From Candidatus Shapirobacteria bacterium GW2011_GWF2_37_20 (GTDB lineage Bacteria > Patescibacteriota > Microgenomatia > UBA12405), in the NCBI GenBank assembly GCA_000989305.1, contig LBTB01000005.1, positions 4,409-68,408 of the forward strand: a stretch of DNA of 64,000 nucleotides. The letters run 5' to 3'. Within the stretch, counting starts at the first letter, position 1; every line of letters starts with the position of its first letter. Below, piece after piece: positions 37,290-49,110 of this stretch. The position numbers and the translations under genes were made by a program. The notes below the pieces were generated by a model. The model searched no databases, had not been told where the DNA came from, and saw only the letters and a program-made list of their open reading frames with translations.

Positions 37290-37652
37290 TTATAAACCCA
37301 TATTGGTAAACATGGTTTGAAGATCGAGGGGGTTGTTGAGGCCAAGGAGTTTGGAAATAAGAGTACCAAGACCAATGGCGATAACAACGATAAATAATCC
37401 CAAAACACCGTTGGTGAGTTTACTACGGTTCATTTCTAATTTTTTCTCGTCACCTTGGGTGGACATAAAGCCGTAACCGGCCAATATAATTTGGACGATA
37501 AAAAAGATAACAGCGATGATGGTGAGAACACCAATGAGTTGGCTGATCAGTTTTTCGAGCATGGTAGTGGCTTGGACACCATCGGTGGGGGAAAGTCCAG
37601 GACCCTTGAGGGTATATTGAACAGCTAGAAGTTTATTGGTTAGTGGGGCCAT
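37290..37652 (-). CDS. Small 2-TM pilin-like protein, paralog 4
   Basis: Core motif ILAGYGFMSTQGDEKKLEMNRSKLTNGVLGLFIVVIAI. Confidence 0.5.
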   Translation of the reverse strand: MAPLTNKLLAVQYTLKGPGLSPTDGVQATTMLEKLISQLIGVLTIIAVIFFIVQIILAGYGFMSTQGDEKKLEMNRSKLTNGVLGLFIVVIAIGLGTLISKLLGLNNPLDLQTMFTNMGL

Positions 37653-37962
37653 AGATTTGTGGACTTAAAATGTTAATTCCGGTGAGTCGTCCGACCAAAC
37701 CGGCAATGATAAAAGCAGCGGAAATAATGATAAGTCCAACCAGACTTTGCCAAATTTTCATCCAGGCGAGTTCGGTTTTTTTGGTGTCGCCATTAGCATT
37801 GATGTAATCAAAACCGGCAAAAATTAGTTGAGCAATCATGAAAATGCCACCGGCAATAGCGGCAAATTTTAAAACATTGCCTAAGAAATCAAAAAGACCT
37901 TGACCGGGAGTGGTGCTGGTGTATTTGGTGGGATTTTGGATAGTACCAAAGAGTCCAATCAT
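37633..37962 (-). CDS. Small 2-TM pilin-like protein, paralog 5
   Basis: Core motif IFAGFDYINANGDTKKTELAWMKIWQSLVGLIIISAAF. Confidence 0.5.
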   Translation of the reverse strand: MIGLFGTIQNPTKYTSTTPGQGLFDFLGNVLKFAAIAGGIFMIAQLIFAGFDYINANGDTKKTELAWMKIWQSLVGLIIISAAFIIAGLVGRLTGINILSPQIYGPTNQ

Positions 37963-37965
37963 AGT

Positions 37966-38289
37966 TTATAGAATAGATAATCCAGTAATAACTTCAACAA
38001 TTTGGATTATAAAGTAACTGAGAAAAATTACCAAGAAGCCAATAAGAGCGTCGGTAATCAAGGTTTTTCCGGTAGCGGCTTTTTTTTGATCACCGGAACC
38101 GGCACTGGCAATCATCATAAAACCACCGGCGATTATAAGGACTATAAGAATAATTCCGGCTATGGTTAGGCCATTTTTGACAATTAAAGTAATGAGAGAG
38201 GCGGGGTCGGGATAAGTTTGAGAAATGCTTTTACCGCCACCCAAGGGGGTGTCACCAAGATTGACGGCAGCTAAGACAAGGTTGGTCAT
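37966..38289 (-). CDS. Small 2-TM pilin-like protein, paralog 6
   Basis: Core motif IAGGFMMIASAGSGDQKKAATGKTLITDALIGFLVIFL. Confidence 0.5.
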   Translation of the reverse strand: MTNLVLAAVNLGDTPLGGGKSISQTYPDPASLITLIVKNGLTIAGIILIVLIIAGGFMMIASAGSGDQKKAATGKTLITDALIGFLVIFLSYFIIQIVEVITGLSIL

Positions 38290-38394
38290 AAATATATAGT
38301 TGGATTATACAATAAATAAGGATAATAATGGTGTTATAATACGCCACAAAATTAATTGATAGAATAAATTTATAAATTAATATTTGCCAAAAAT

Positions 38395-39252
38395 ATGAGA
38401 AAAACTGCCCTAATAGTATTTGCGTGTATCTACCTTAGTTTGGGGATAATTAGAATTGAAGCAAAAGCAGTTAGTCCAACTGTAATACCAACAGCGATAC
38501 CAACAGTGGAGATAATGCCAACGGTGGCGGCGAGAGAGAACATTACTGAGGTATCAAACAAGACGGCGATAAAGACGACTGAGGTGAAATGGAAAGGATG
38601 GAATAGTATAAGTTTCTTGATTTCAGAAGCGATAAAGAGAGGGGTGCCGGAAAATACAATAGTGTTACTGTTACTTTTACCTTTGGTGGCAACTTTAGCC
38701 TCGTTTTTGCACTATGTCGGAGGATTATCCGGATATGGGGTTTTTACACCAACGATGATGGCGGTGGCTTTCTTGGCAACCGGAGTGACGGGCGGATTGG
38801 TTTTATTTGCGGTAATATTGGCGATTACATCCCTGAGTAATATTTTTCTTAAAAAAATGAAGCTGCATTTTTGGCCAGCAAGATCGATTTCTTTGCTGTT
38901 TGTGAGTCTGGGAACTTTTGGGGTAATGATAGTGTCGGCACTACTGAACATCTCTGAAGTGAGTAAAATTTCCATTTTCCCGATTTTGTTTATGATTTTG
39001 CTAACGGAAGAGTTTGTGAGAACCCAATTAATAAAAAGCAAAAAGGAGGCAGTGAGATTAACAATTGGTACCCTAATATTGGCGGGGGTGGGAGCAATTT
39101 CAATGGAAATAAAAGGGTTGCAGGAATTAGTTTTAAAATATCCGGAGATGTTGGTTTTGATGGTAATTGTGATAAATATAGTGGTCGGAAGCTACGGGGG
39201 GATTCGGTTGACAGAGATAAAGAGGTTTAAAAATGCAATCAGAAAAAAATAA
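38395..39252 (+). CDS. 7-TM membrane protein of the 7TM_transglut type (no transglutaminase domain), partner of the ATP-grasp ligases
   Basis: Signal peptide, an about 70-aa Pro/Thr-rich extracytoplasmic segment, then seven hydrophobic helices. It lies immediately upstream of RimK-type ATP-grasp genes. Confidence 0.55.
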   Translation: MRKTALIVFACIYLSLGIIRIEAKAVSPTVIPTAIPTVEIMPTVAARENITEVSNKTAIKTTEVKWKGWNSISFLISEAIKRGVPENTIVLLLLLPLVATLASFLHYVGGLSGYGVFTPTMMAVAFLATGVTGGLVLFAVILAITSLSNIFLKKMKLHFWPARSISLLFVSLGTFGVMIVSALLNISEVSKISIFPILFMILLTEEFVRTQLIKSKKEAVRLTIGTLILAGVGAISMEIKGLQELVLKYPEMLVLMVIVINIVVGSYGGIRLTEIKRFKNAIRKK

Positions 39253-39277
39253 ATTAATAATGAATAATTAAAAATAT

Positions 39278-40666
39278 ATGTTGGGCATAGATTTAAAACA
39301 GTACCGGCAGTTTTTGACAAAAAACGAAAGAAACAAGGTGTATCTACGCAAAAACAGTTCGCAAGGACGGTCAATTGCTGATAACAAATATAAAACCAAA
39401 ATAAGACTGGCAAGGGCGGGAGTAAGTGTACCAGAATTGATGGCCAGATTTAGAAAAGGAGAAGATCTAAGGAGTTTTGAATGGGGGAAATTGGAGGCGA
39501 ACTTTGTGATTAAGCCGGTATTGGGCTATGGAGGAGAGGGAATACTTATTATAAGAAGGAAACTAGATTCTAGAGACGAGAGAGGGGAAGAAAGATATCT
39601 GATGATGAGCGGGAAGATAATTGGCCTGGAAGAAATTAAACTACATTGTCAGGAAATTTTAGCAGGTAAATATAGTATGCACGGAACGGCTGACAACGTG
39701 ATTATTGAAGAAAGAATTAAAATTCACCCGATGTTTTTTTCACTAACCAAGGTGGGTACTCCGGATATCAGAGTAATTGTGTTTAATTGGGTGCCAGTGA
39801 TGGCCATGTTGAGAATTCCAACCGAAAAAAGCGGGGGAAAGGCGAATTTACAGCAAGGAGCTTATGGTTTGGGAATTGATTTGGCAACGGGAATTACTAC
39901 CTTTGGGATTGAAGGGAAGGGTGAAGAGGTGCGAAAAATTTTTGATTATCGAAAAAAAAGAATGATTAAGGTAAATGGGATTAAGATTCCTTTTTGGAAA
40001 GAAATTTTAGAAACAGCAGTAAAATGTCAGAGGGCAATCCCGGGATTGGGATTTATGGGGGTTGATATAGTGCTGGATAAAGAAGACGGACCAAAGGTGT
40101 TGGAAGTTAATGCCAGACCAGGCTTGTCAATTCAGCTGTGCAACAAGGCGGGGATGAAGAGAAGGATTGAAAAAATCGATGATATAAACGTGAGAAGTGA
40201 TGAGCACGCCATCTCTTTGGCGAAGTATTTGTTTGGAGAGAAGTTTTCAGATAAGGTCGCTGAGAAGGAACAGGAGAAAAAGATTCAGCCTCTCGAGATT
40301 ATTAAAATGAAAATTCCTCGTGGTTTTAAACCTGATTTACAAAAAAGTCCAATTTTAAAACAAGGGAAACACCGGGTGGTGGAGGTAAGGGCGAAAGTTG
40401 ATACCGGAGCGTTTAGAAGCTCGATTGACAGAAATTTGGCGGATAAATTGGGATTGATGTCGGTGGAAAAGATTTTATATTTTCGGCATTACAAATCAAG
40501 CCTGGGAAAACACAAGGACAGACCGGTAATCGGAGTGACTTTTTGGTTGCAAGGAAAAAAGGTAGTAACGGCAGTTAACGTAGCCGATAGAAGTAAGCTT
40601 CGAACCAAGTTTTTGCTGGGAAGAAAAGATTTGGAAGGATTTTTAATTTCGGCCAAAAAAATATGA
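39278..40666 (+). CDS. ATP-grasp ligase (alpha-L-glutamate-ligase-related, ATPgrasp_ST-like) fused to a C-terminal retropepsin-like aspartic protease domain
   Basis: ATP-grasp motifs IKPVLGYGGEGI and GVDIVLDKEDGPKVLEVNARPGLS. The C-terminal about 130 aa carries KVDTGAFRSS (the D-T-G-A aspartic protease hallmark, as in Pfam Zn_protease/TIGR02281-type). Confidence 0.7.
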   Translation: MLGIDLKQYRQFLTKNERNKVYLRKNSSQGRSIADNKYKTKIRLARAGVSVPELMARFRKGEDLRSFEWGKLEANFVIKPVLGYGGEGILIIRRKLDSRDERGEERYLMMSGKIIGLEEIKLHCQEILAGKYSMHGTADNVIIEERIKIHPMFFSLTKVGTPDIRVIVFNWVPVMAMLRIPTEKSGGKANLQQGAYGLGIDLATGITTFGIEGKGEEVRKIFDYRKKRMIKVNGIKIPFWKEILETAVKCQRAIPGLGFMGVDIVLDKEDGPKVLEVNARPGLSIQLCNKAGMKRRIEKIDDINVRSDEHAISLAKYLFGEKFSDKVAEKEQEKKIQPLEIIKMKIPRGFKPDLQKSPILKQGKHRVVEVRAKVDTGAFRSSIDRNLADKLGLMSVEKILYFRHYKSSLGKHKDRPVIGVTFWLQGKKVVTAVNVADRSKLRTKFLLGRKDLEGFLISAKKI

Positions 40667-40700
40667 AGAAGTTAATAAATATTATTTTTTTTAATTAAAA

Positions 40701-41681
40701 ATGACTAAAATAGCATTGTTTTTTGGGGGGAAAATCAGTAAACATTTGGTGTTGGTGAGAAATGCGGCGAGGAAAGAGGGGGCGGAACTGGACTTGGTGT
40801 CATATAACAATGTTTGTTTTGAGACGGAAACAGGGAAGATAAGTTTACGGGGAAAAGACGTAAATGATTACGATGTGCTATTTTTTAGGACGACGGGGAA
40901 ACACTGGGAGGAAGTTGACCTGATTATTAATAGTATAAAAAAAGAGGACATGGTGGTAATTGATCCTTTGGTTCGAGACGGAAAACCAAGCTATGCCTGC
41001 AAAGCGTGGCAGATGTTGAAATTAAAAGAAGCAGGGATTGATGTGCCCAGAAGTGTGTATGGATCTTTGTGGTATTTATATGAAGTTATGGCCAGAAATG
41101 ATAATACCCACCAACGAATTTTTTCTTCCGGTGAAGCTGCCAGACAGGCACAAAGTCAGGAAAAGATACTGGAAGGAGATTATGAATTTAATTTTCCGGT
41201 GATAATTAAGGGGAGCGGCGGAGATAGGGGAACAAGAGTGTTTAAGGCTAACAATTTGAAAGAATTAGAAAAATTGGTCAGAGACTTGAGAAAAACGGAA
41301 ACTGAGGGAGGGAAACGATATTTATTACAGGAATACATCGAAAATGATGGAGACTTTAGGGTTTTGATACTGGGAGAAAAAGTGTTGGGGGTAATGAAAA
41401 GAGCCAGGGCGAATAAAAATGAGTTTAGGAATAATTATAGTGCCGGGGGAACAGTGGAAGTGGCTGATTTGCCGGAAGAAGTGAAAGAGTTAGCGGTTAG
41501 GGCGGCGAAAACTTGTGGGCTGGCGGTGGCGGGAGTTGATGTGGCATTCAGAGATTTTGATATGAAAAAACCGGTGATTTGGGAGGTGAATAAGGGCCCA
41601 CAATTTAAGGGTTTTATGAAAGCCACAGGAGTTGATGTGCCGACAGAAATTGTTAAATATTTGGTTTCACTTAAAAAATAA
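40701..41681 (+). CDS. RimK-like ATP-grasp ligase, paralog 2
   Basis: FPVIIKGSGGDRGTRVF and GVDVAF...KPVIWEVNKGPQF match RimK-family motifs. Confidence 0.75.
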   Translation: MTKIALFFGGKISKHLVLVRNAARKEGAELDLVSYNNVCFETETGKISLRGKDVNDYDVLFFRTTGKHWEEVDLIINSIKKEDMVVIDPLVRDGKPSYACKAWQMLKLKEAGIDVPRSVYGSLWYLYEVMARNDNTHQRIFSSGEAARQAQSQEKILEGDYEFNFPVIIKGSGGDRGTRVFKANNLKELEKLVRDLRKTETEGGKRYLLQEYIENDGDFRVLILGEKVLGVMKRARANKNEFRNNYSAGGTVEVADLPEEVKELAVRAAKTCGLAVAGVDVAFRDFDMKKPVIWEVNKGPQFKGFMKATGVDVPTEIVKYLVSLKK

Positions 41682-41685
41682 AATT

Positions 41686-42594
41686 ATGAAGAGAAAAATT
41701 GTTACTTTTACCATGTCGCTTCGACAAAGCCAATTTGAGGTGGACAGACTTGAAGGGGAAGCCAATAAAATGGGAATTGAAGTGAATAGGGCGCTTTATA
41801 GAGAATTAAGCTTTGATCTGAAAGACGGGGCGGCGAAAGTATTCGTCCGAGGCGAGGAATTGACAGCCGAGAATACTTTAGGATTGTGGTTTAGGGTAGC
41901 GGGAACCAGAAGCGGAAAGTATACCGAAGCGAGAAATCTAGTAATCAGAATCCTAAGAGGAAAAGGAGTGTTTTGTGTTAATGAAAAAGGTTATCTGATG
42001 TGGACGAGAATGGGAAAAATTGCTCAGCATGGGGTGTTTTTGGAGAATAATATTCCGGTGGTGCCGACAATGGTTTTTTATACAAAAGAACAGGTTTTGC
42101 AAAGTAAAATAGGAGAAGAATTCGGGTGGCCGGTGATAGCTAAGCATGAGAGGGGGTATCAAGGGAAGTCTGTCAGAAGATTTGAAGAGAGAAAAGAATT
42201 AGAAAAATTTGTTAGGAAAATTAACGAAAAAAACGTGGGAATGTTTTTGTGGCAAAAGTATTTACCAACTAAGTGGGATATCCGAGCAGTAATTGTTGAC
42301 GGAAAGGCGATTGGGGGAATGAAGAGGTCGGCGGTGGGAGAGGAGTTTAGAAGTAATTTTTCATTGGGAGGAGAGGTGGAAGCGTGGAAATTGAGTGACG
42401 ATGAGATAAAATTGGCGGAGAAAGTGGCAAATGTTTGTGGACTGGATTATGGTGGGGTAGATATTATGAAAGACGAAAAAGGGAATAATTATATTCTGGA
42501 GATAAATCGGCAATGTCAGTTTCAGGGTTTTGAAAAAGCGACAGGAATCAATGTGGCCAAAAGAGTAGTTGAAATGATAGCCAATAAAAAATAG
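41686..42594 (+). CDS. RimK-like ATP-grasp ligase, paralog 3
   Basis: WPVIAKHERGYQGKSV and GGVDIMKDEKGNNYILEINRQCQF. The ORF track starts at 41632 and overlaps the previous gene; the ATG at 41686 (MKRKIVTF) is preferred. Confidence 0.75.
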   Translation: MKRKIVTFTMSLRQSQFEVDRLEGEANKMGIEVNRALYRELSFDLKDGAAKVFVRGEELTAENTLGLWFRVAGTRSGKYTEARNLVIRILRGKGVFCVNEKGYLMWTRMGKIAQHGVFLENNIPVVPTMVFYTKEQVLQSKIGEEFGWPVIAKHERGYQGKSVRRFEERKELEKFVRKINEKNVGMFLWQKYLPTKWDIRAVIVDGKAIGGMKRSAVGEEFRSNFSLGGEVEAWKLSDDEIKLAEKVANVCGLDYGGVDIMKDEKGNNYILEINRQCQFQGFEKATGINVAKRVVEMIANKK

Positions 42595-42615
42595 TTATAA
42601 TTGTTAAAATAGGGT

Positions 42616-43140
42616 ATGAAACAAGTATTTCTAACTTTGGGGTTGTTGTTGGCGGTAATGGTGGGGTTTTACTGGGTGAGCAATAGATTTGAGGTTAAAA
42701 AGGAAGTAAGTGTTCAAATAGCTGATAAAGAAATATATTTTGAAACACCGGAGAAATTAATGGCCATGACAGAAACGGAAATTAAGTTGTTAGCCAGACA
42801 TGAAAATGGAAAGCTCGTGAGTTATTGGATAGATTTCAATTATGATCCGGCAAAAATAAAAATACTGAATATTGAGGTAAATAAGGATGTTTTTGATAAA
42901 AAAGTGGCGGTGGAACTTGATGAAATAATGGGCAAGGCAAAAATAATTGGGGAAAATTCAAAAAAGAGGGAAAACTTAGTGGGGGGAGACGTATTATTGG
43001 CGACTTTAAAAATAAAAGGGTTGAGTAAAGGAGAGACAATGATTTATGCCAGTAGAAAGCCGGAAGTAGGGATTTTGGAGGGGATAAAAGTGATCGAAGG
43101 TAATTTCCAAATGCCTAACTTTAAGGTAAATTTCTTGTGA
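42616..43140 (+). CDS. Membrane-anchored hypothetical protein (174 aa), last gene of the ATP-grasp cluster
   Basis: N-terminal TM helix LTLGLLLAVMVGFYW. The remainder is hydrophilic and lacks an obvious motif. Confidence 0.4.
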   Translation: MKQVFLTLGLLLAVMVGFYWVSNRFEVKKEVSVQIADKEIYFETPEKLMAMTETEIKLLARHENGKLVSYWIDFNYDPAKIKILNIEVNKDVFDKKVAVELDEIMGKAKIIGENSKKRENLVGGDVLLATLKIKGLSKGETMIYASRKPEVGILEGIKVIEGNFQMPNFKVNFL

Positions 43141-43159
43141 TATACTAATTGGAAATTAA

Positions 43160-43233
43160 GGGCAATTAGCTCAGTTGGTTAGAGCACCGTCCTGATAAGA
43201 CGGGGGTCAATGGTTCGAGTCCATTATTGCCCA
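43160..43233 (+). tRNA. tRNA-Ile (anticodon GAT)
   Basis: Cloverleaf: acceptor GGGCAAT/ATTGCCC, D-arm GCTCAGTTGGTTAGAGC, anticodon stem CCGTC/GACGG with loop CTGATAA, T-arm GGGTCAATGGTTCGAGTCCATT. No CCA is encoded. Confidence 0.85.
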
Positions 43234-43422
43234 CAGGTGTTATTTTTGTAGTGTTAGAATTAAATATGGAAGAGAAGAAGTATAGTTTCTTAAAAGTTTT
43301 GGGAATTTTGGGGGCAACGATATTGATTATTTTTGGAAGTGTGGACAATATTTGGCGGACGCTAAAACTGGGCTGGAATAAGGTAGCAAAAAAATAAGGG
43401 GAGCCTGATATAATTTGAGGAT

Positions 43423-44067
43423 ATGTCGCAGCTGAAATATATAATTGATTTGTTTTTGCATATTGATAAGAATTTGGCCGCAGTGATTGTGCAATATGGG
43501 GTCGGGAGCTATGTATTGTTGTTTATGATTATTTTCATGGAAACAGGCTTTGTGGTGACTCCATTTTTACCCGGAGACTCACTGCTTTTTGCGGCCGGAG
43601 CTTTGACGGCTTCAATGGGGGTTTTTGATATCAAACTATTATGGCTATTAATGGTGGCAGCGGCCTTTTTGGGCGATACGGTGAACTATTGGATAGGACA
43701 TTTTATTGGACCTCGGGCCTTTCAATCAAAAAGTAGGTTTTTGAAAAAAGAATATTTAGATAAAGCCCAGGCTTTTTATGATAAACACGGGGGAGTGGCA
43801 ATTGTGTTGGCACGTTTTGTACCGATTGTACGGACCTTTGCCCCTTTTGTGGCCGGAATTGGAAAAATGCATTACACCAGATTTTTGTCGTTTAATGCGG
43901 TCGGAGGATTGCTTTGGGTGAGCATAATGTTGTTGTCGGGATACTTTTTTGGGAATATCTCTTTTATTAAAAATAATTTTCACTATGTAGTAGTGGTAAT
44001 TATTTTGATTTCAGTGGTACCAATCTTTGTGGAATGGTTGAAGAGCAGAAGAAAGAGGGTAAAATAG
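43423..44067 (+). CDS. DedA/SNARE-associated family membrane protein
   Basis: VTPFLPGDSLLFAAGAL is the DedA signature. Confidence 0.75.
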   Translation: MSQLKYIIDLFLHIDKNLAAVIVQYGVGSYVLLFMIIFMETGFVVTPFLPGDSLLFAAGALTASMGVFDIKLLWLLMVAAAFLGDTVNYWIGHFIGPRAFQSKSRFLKKEYLDKAQAFYDKHGGVAIVLARFVPIVRTFAPFVAGIGKMHYTRFLSFNAVGGLLWVSIMLLSGYFFGNISFIKNNFHYVVVVIILISVVPIFVEWLKSRRKRVK

Positions 44068-44070
44068 TTT

Positions 44071-44499
44071 ATGGACAATGAAGGAGAAATAAAATTAGAA
44101 AAAATCAGACAGACAGTTAATTTGGAAAAGATTACGACTGAAAATTTTGTGAATAAGTGGAAGGAAATTTTTGGAGAAGAGACAACTGTTAGAAGAGAAA
44201 GGTTTGTTAATCAAAGCGGTAAAGAAATCAGTGGAGTGAAGGATACAATTATAGAAAACGTAAAAATAACTCCTGTGGAAAATTTGATTTTTTTGACATA
44301 TCAGGGGGGAGTTGGTCAAGCTGACAAATATATAGCGATTGATAGTAAGGAATATCTTATGGGGGTACAAGATCATGATGGTGGCGAAAAGTCATTTATC
44401 TTGGTTCACAATACAGAGAATAAAAAGACCGGAGAAAATAGGCAGACAACAAGACGCTTTACGCCAGCAAGAGCACAGACCTCGATAAATCAGGTATAA
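44071..44499 (+). CDS. Hypothetical protein (142 aa)
   Basis: Unremarkable ORF. It is a distant paralog-like neighbour of the next ORF; both contain the RER(F/V) motif. Confidence 0.35.
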   Translation: MDNEGEIKLEKIRQTVNLEKITTENFVNKWKEIFGEETTVRRERFVNQSGKEISGVKDTIIENVKITPVENLIFLTYQGGVGQADKYIAIDSKEYLMGVQDHDGGEKSFILVHNTENKKTGENRQTTRRFTPARAQTSINQV

Positions 44500-44925
44500 T
44501 TGGGCATGGAAGTAAAGAATAATATTGAGCCGAAGGAAGAAAATATTTCAATGGAGTGGAAAAAATTACCGGCGAATGAAGCGGTGAAAGTTTTCCGAGA
44601 AGTAATTCCAAATGCATCGATTAATGTGCAGAGGGAAAGGGTGCTATTTGTCGAAGGAAAAAAAGTAAATTATGAAGAGGAAGAGGTGATGTTTTTAATA
44701 AGTTCTCTTGAGGGAAAAAATAATGAGAAGCTAAAATTAGCCTGGAGAACAGATGTTGGGGGAAAGGGTGGTGGGGTATTGGAGTTTGAAGGGAAAATAA
44801 GTATAGCCCAACAGAAAATTGAAGGGGGAAATGATTTGGTGTTGATTGGCGAAAAAGGGGTGACAGATGATGGTAAAAAATGGGAATCTATCCGAAGATT
44901 TCAAGTAAAAGGGAGACAGATTTAA
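44500..44925 (+). CDS. Hypothetical protein (141 aa)
   Basis: Adjacent to and the same size as the previous ORF, and followed by a terminator hairpin. Confidence 0.35.
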   Translation: MGMEVKNNIEPKEENISMEWKKLPANEAVKVFREVIPNASINVQRERVLFVEGKKVNYEEEEVMFLISSLEGKNNEKLKLAWRTDVGGKGGGVLEFEGKISIAQQKIEGGNDLVLIGEKGVTDDGKKWESIRRFQVKGRQI

Positions 44926-45033
44926 CCCATTGATTTGGAGGTAGAGATTAGATACAATATGAACACTTGATGTATAAGCTTCAAATTCGGAATGGAAACA
45001 ATAATACGTGAGAGTATTAGGTCCGAATTTTGG

Positions 45034-45059
45034 GAGCCGACGCAAGTCGGCTTTTTTTA
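45034..45059 (+). terminator. Rho-independent terminator hairpin
   Basis: GCCGAC-GCAA-GTCGGC stem-loop followed by TTTTTTTAT. Confidence 0.55.
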
Positions 45060-45095
45060 TGCTAAACATCGGCTCTTTTTAAATAATAGGCTCTT

Positions 45096-45171
45096 GGGCC
45101 TGTGGCTTAGTTGGTTATAGCGCTTCATTTGCAATGAAGAGGTCGGGAGTTCGAATCTCCCCAGGTCCACC
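45096..45171 (+). tRNA. tRNA-Ala (anticodon TGC)
   Basis: Acceptor GGGCCTG/CAGGTCC with the G3:U70 Ala identity pair, anticodon loop TTTGCAA, T-arm GGGAGTTCGAATCTCCC. Confidence 0.85.
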
Positions 45172-45309
45172 TACGCCATTAGAGAAATGTACCTAGAATT
45201 AGGAAAAGAATCTGAATTGATTGTTTTCCTTGACTATGTACGCACATTAACAATCTATTGAATATTTTATTTTTAATTTTTATCTTGGCAACTAAACTGA
45301 GTTGCTTAA

Positions 45310-48297
<2,988 letters not shown>

Positions 48298-48395
48298 TAC
48301 AGCTCTTAGGCCGCCAGCACTGGTGGTTTAGGAGCTGATTAGGCAGCTCAATTTAGAGGCCAAGAAAAATTAATATAAAATAACTTTACTTTTTG

Positions 48396-48517
48396 AGTCT
48401 CGGTCATCAGAGCGAGGTGGCTCCACCTTTTCCCATTCCGAACAGAGAAGTGAAACGCCTCAGCGCCGACAATAGTCTCCCTGCAAAGGGTCCTGAAGAT
48501 AGGTCGTGGCCGGGACT
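48396..48517 (+). rRNA. rrf: 5S ribosomal RNA
   Basis: CCGAACAGAGAAGTGAAACGCCTCAGCGCCGA matches the 5S consensus (CCGAAC.CAGAAGTGAAAC...AGCGCCGA). The terminal helix is AGTCTCGGTC / GGCCGGGACT. Confidence 0.85.
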
Positions 48518-48549
48518 GAGAAAGTAAAAATTCAATAGATTGAAAATTA

Positions 48550-48576
48550 AATCCCCTCAAACAGGGGATTTTTTGT
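48550..48576 (+). terminator. Rho-independent terminator after 5S
   Basis: ATCCCCT-CAAAC-AGGGGAT followed by TTTTTT. Confidence 0.6.
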
Positions 48577-49082
48577 GGTGTTCTACTATGATATTTAGTG
48601 ATATAATATACACCATATGAGGGAAAGAAAAAGAATATTTGAGGTGTTACCAGGCGGGAAAGTTCAATGTAATTTATCCTGTAGGACAGGAAGTACTTAT
48701 CAGGATTTAGCGTATATTGATGGAGATAATAATGTTTGTATTGCGGCTGAGACCCCGTTAATTGATGGTGGATATTTGGGCAGGGATACTTTAATGATTA
48801 AAGGCAGATTTAGAGTGTGTGCCTTAGTGGGGGCTGTGACCGGAAAAGTTGAGGGAAAAAAGTAATTTTCTCCATAGTTTTGATATGGTGTAATATAATT
48901 GGCGATGTGTGAAAAATACAGACGTTATCGACAAATGTGACGGAAAGTAGTGTGAAAGAGTGACGAATATCTAGAGGGCGGAGGAGTAGGAAACATTGAG
49001 GTGGAAAGAGGCGTACTCTGTGCTATAATAGCCAAGCTTTGAATTAGTTATTCATTTATTTAGGGTATCCAATCCCGCGAAT

Positions 49083-49110
49083 AATCCCGATTGAAAGCGG
49101 GATTTTTTAT
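49083..49110 (+). terminator. Hairpin + U-tract immediately upstream of rpsA (terminator/attenuator candidate)
   Basis: ATCCCG-ATTGAAA-GCGGGAT followed by TTTTTTATTTT. Confidence 0.45.

Noticed and set aside
48617-48865. 82-aa ORF between 5S and rpsA as a protein gene
   Set aside because: It has no ribosome-binding site and no recognisable motif, and it sits in an rRNA-trailer/rpsA-leader context. It is kept only as a low-confidence note in the findings.
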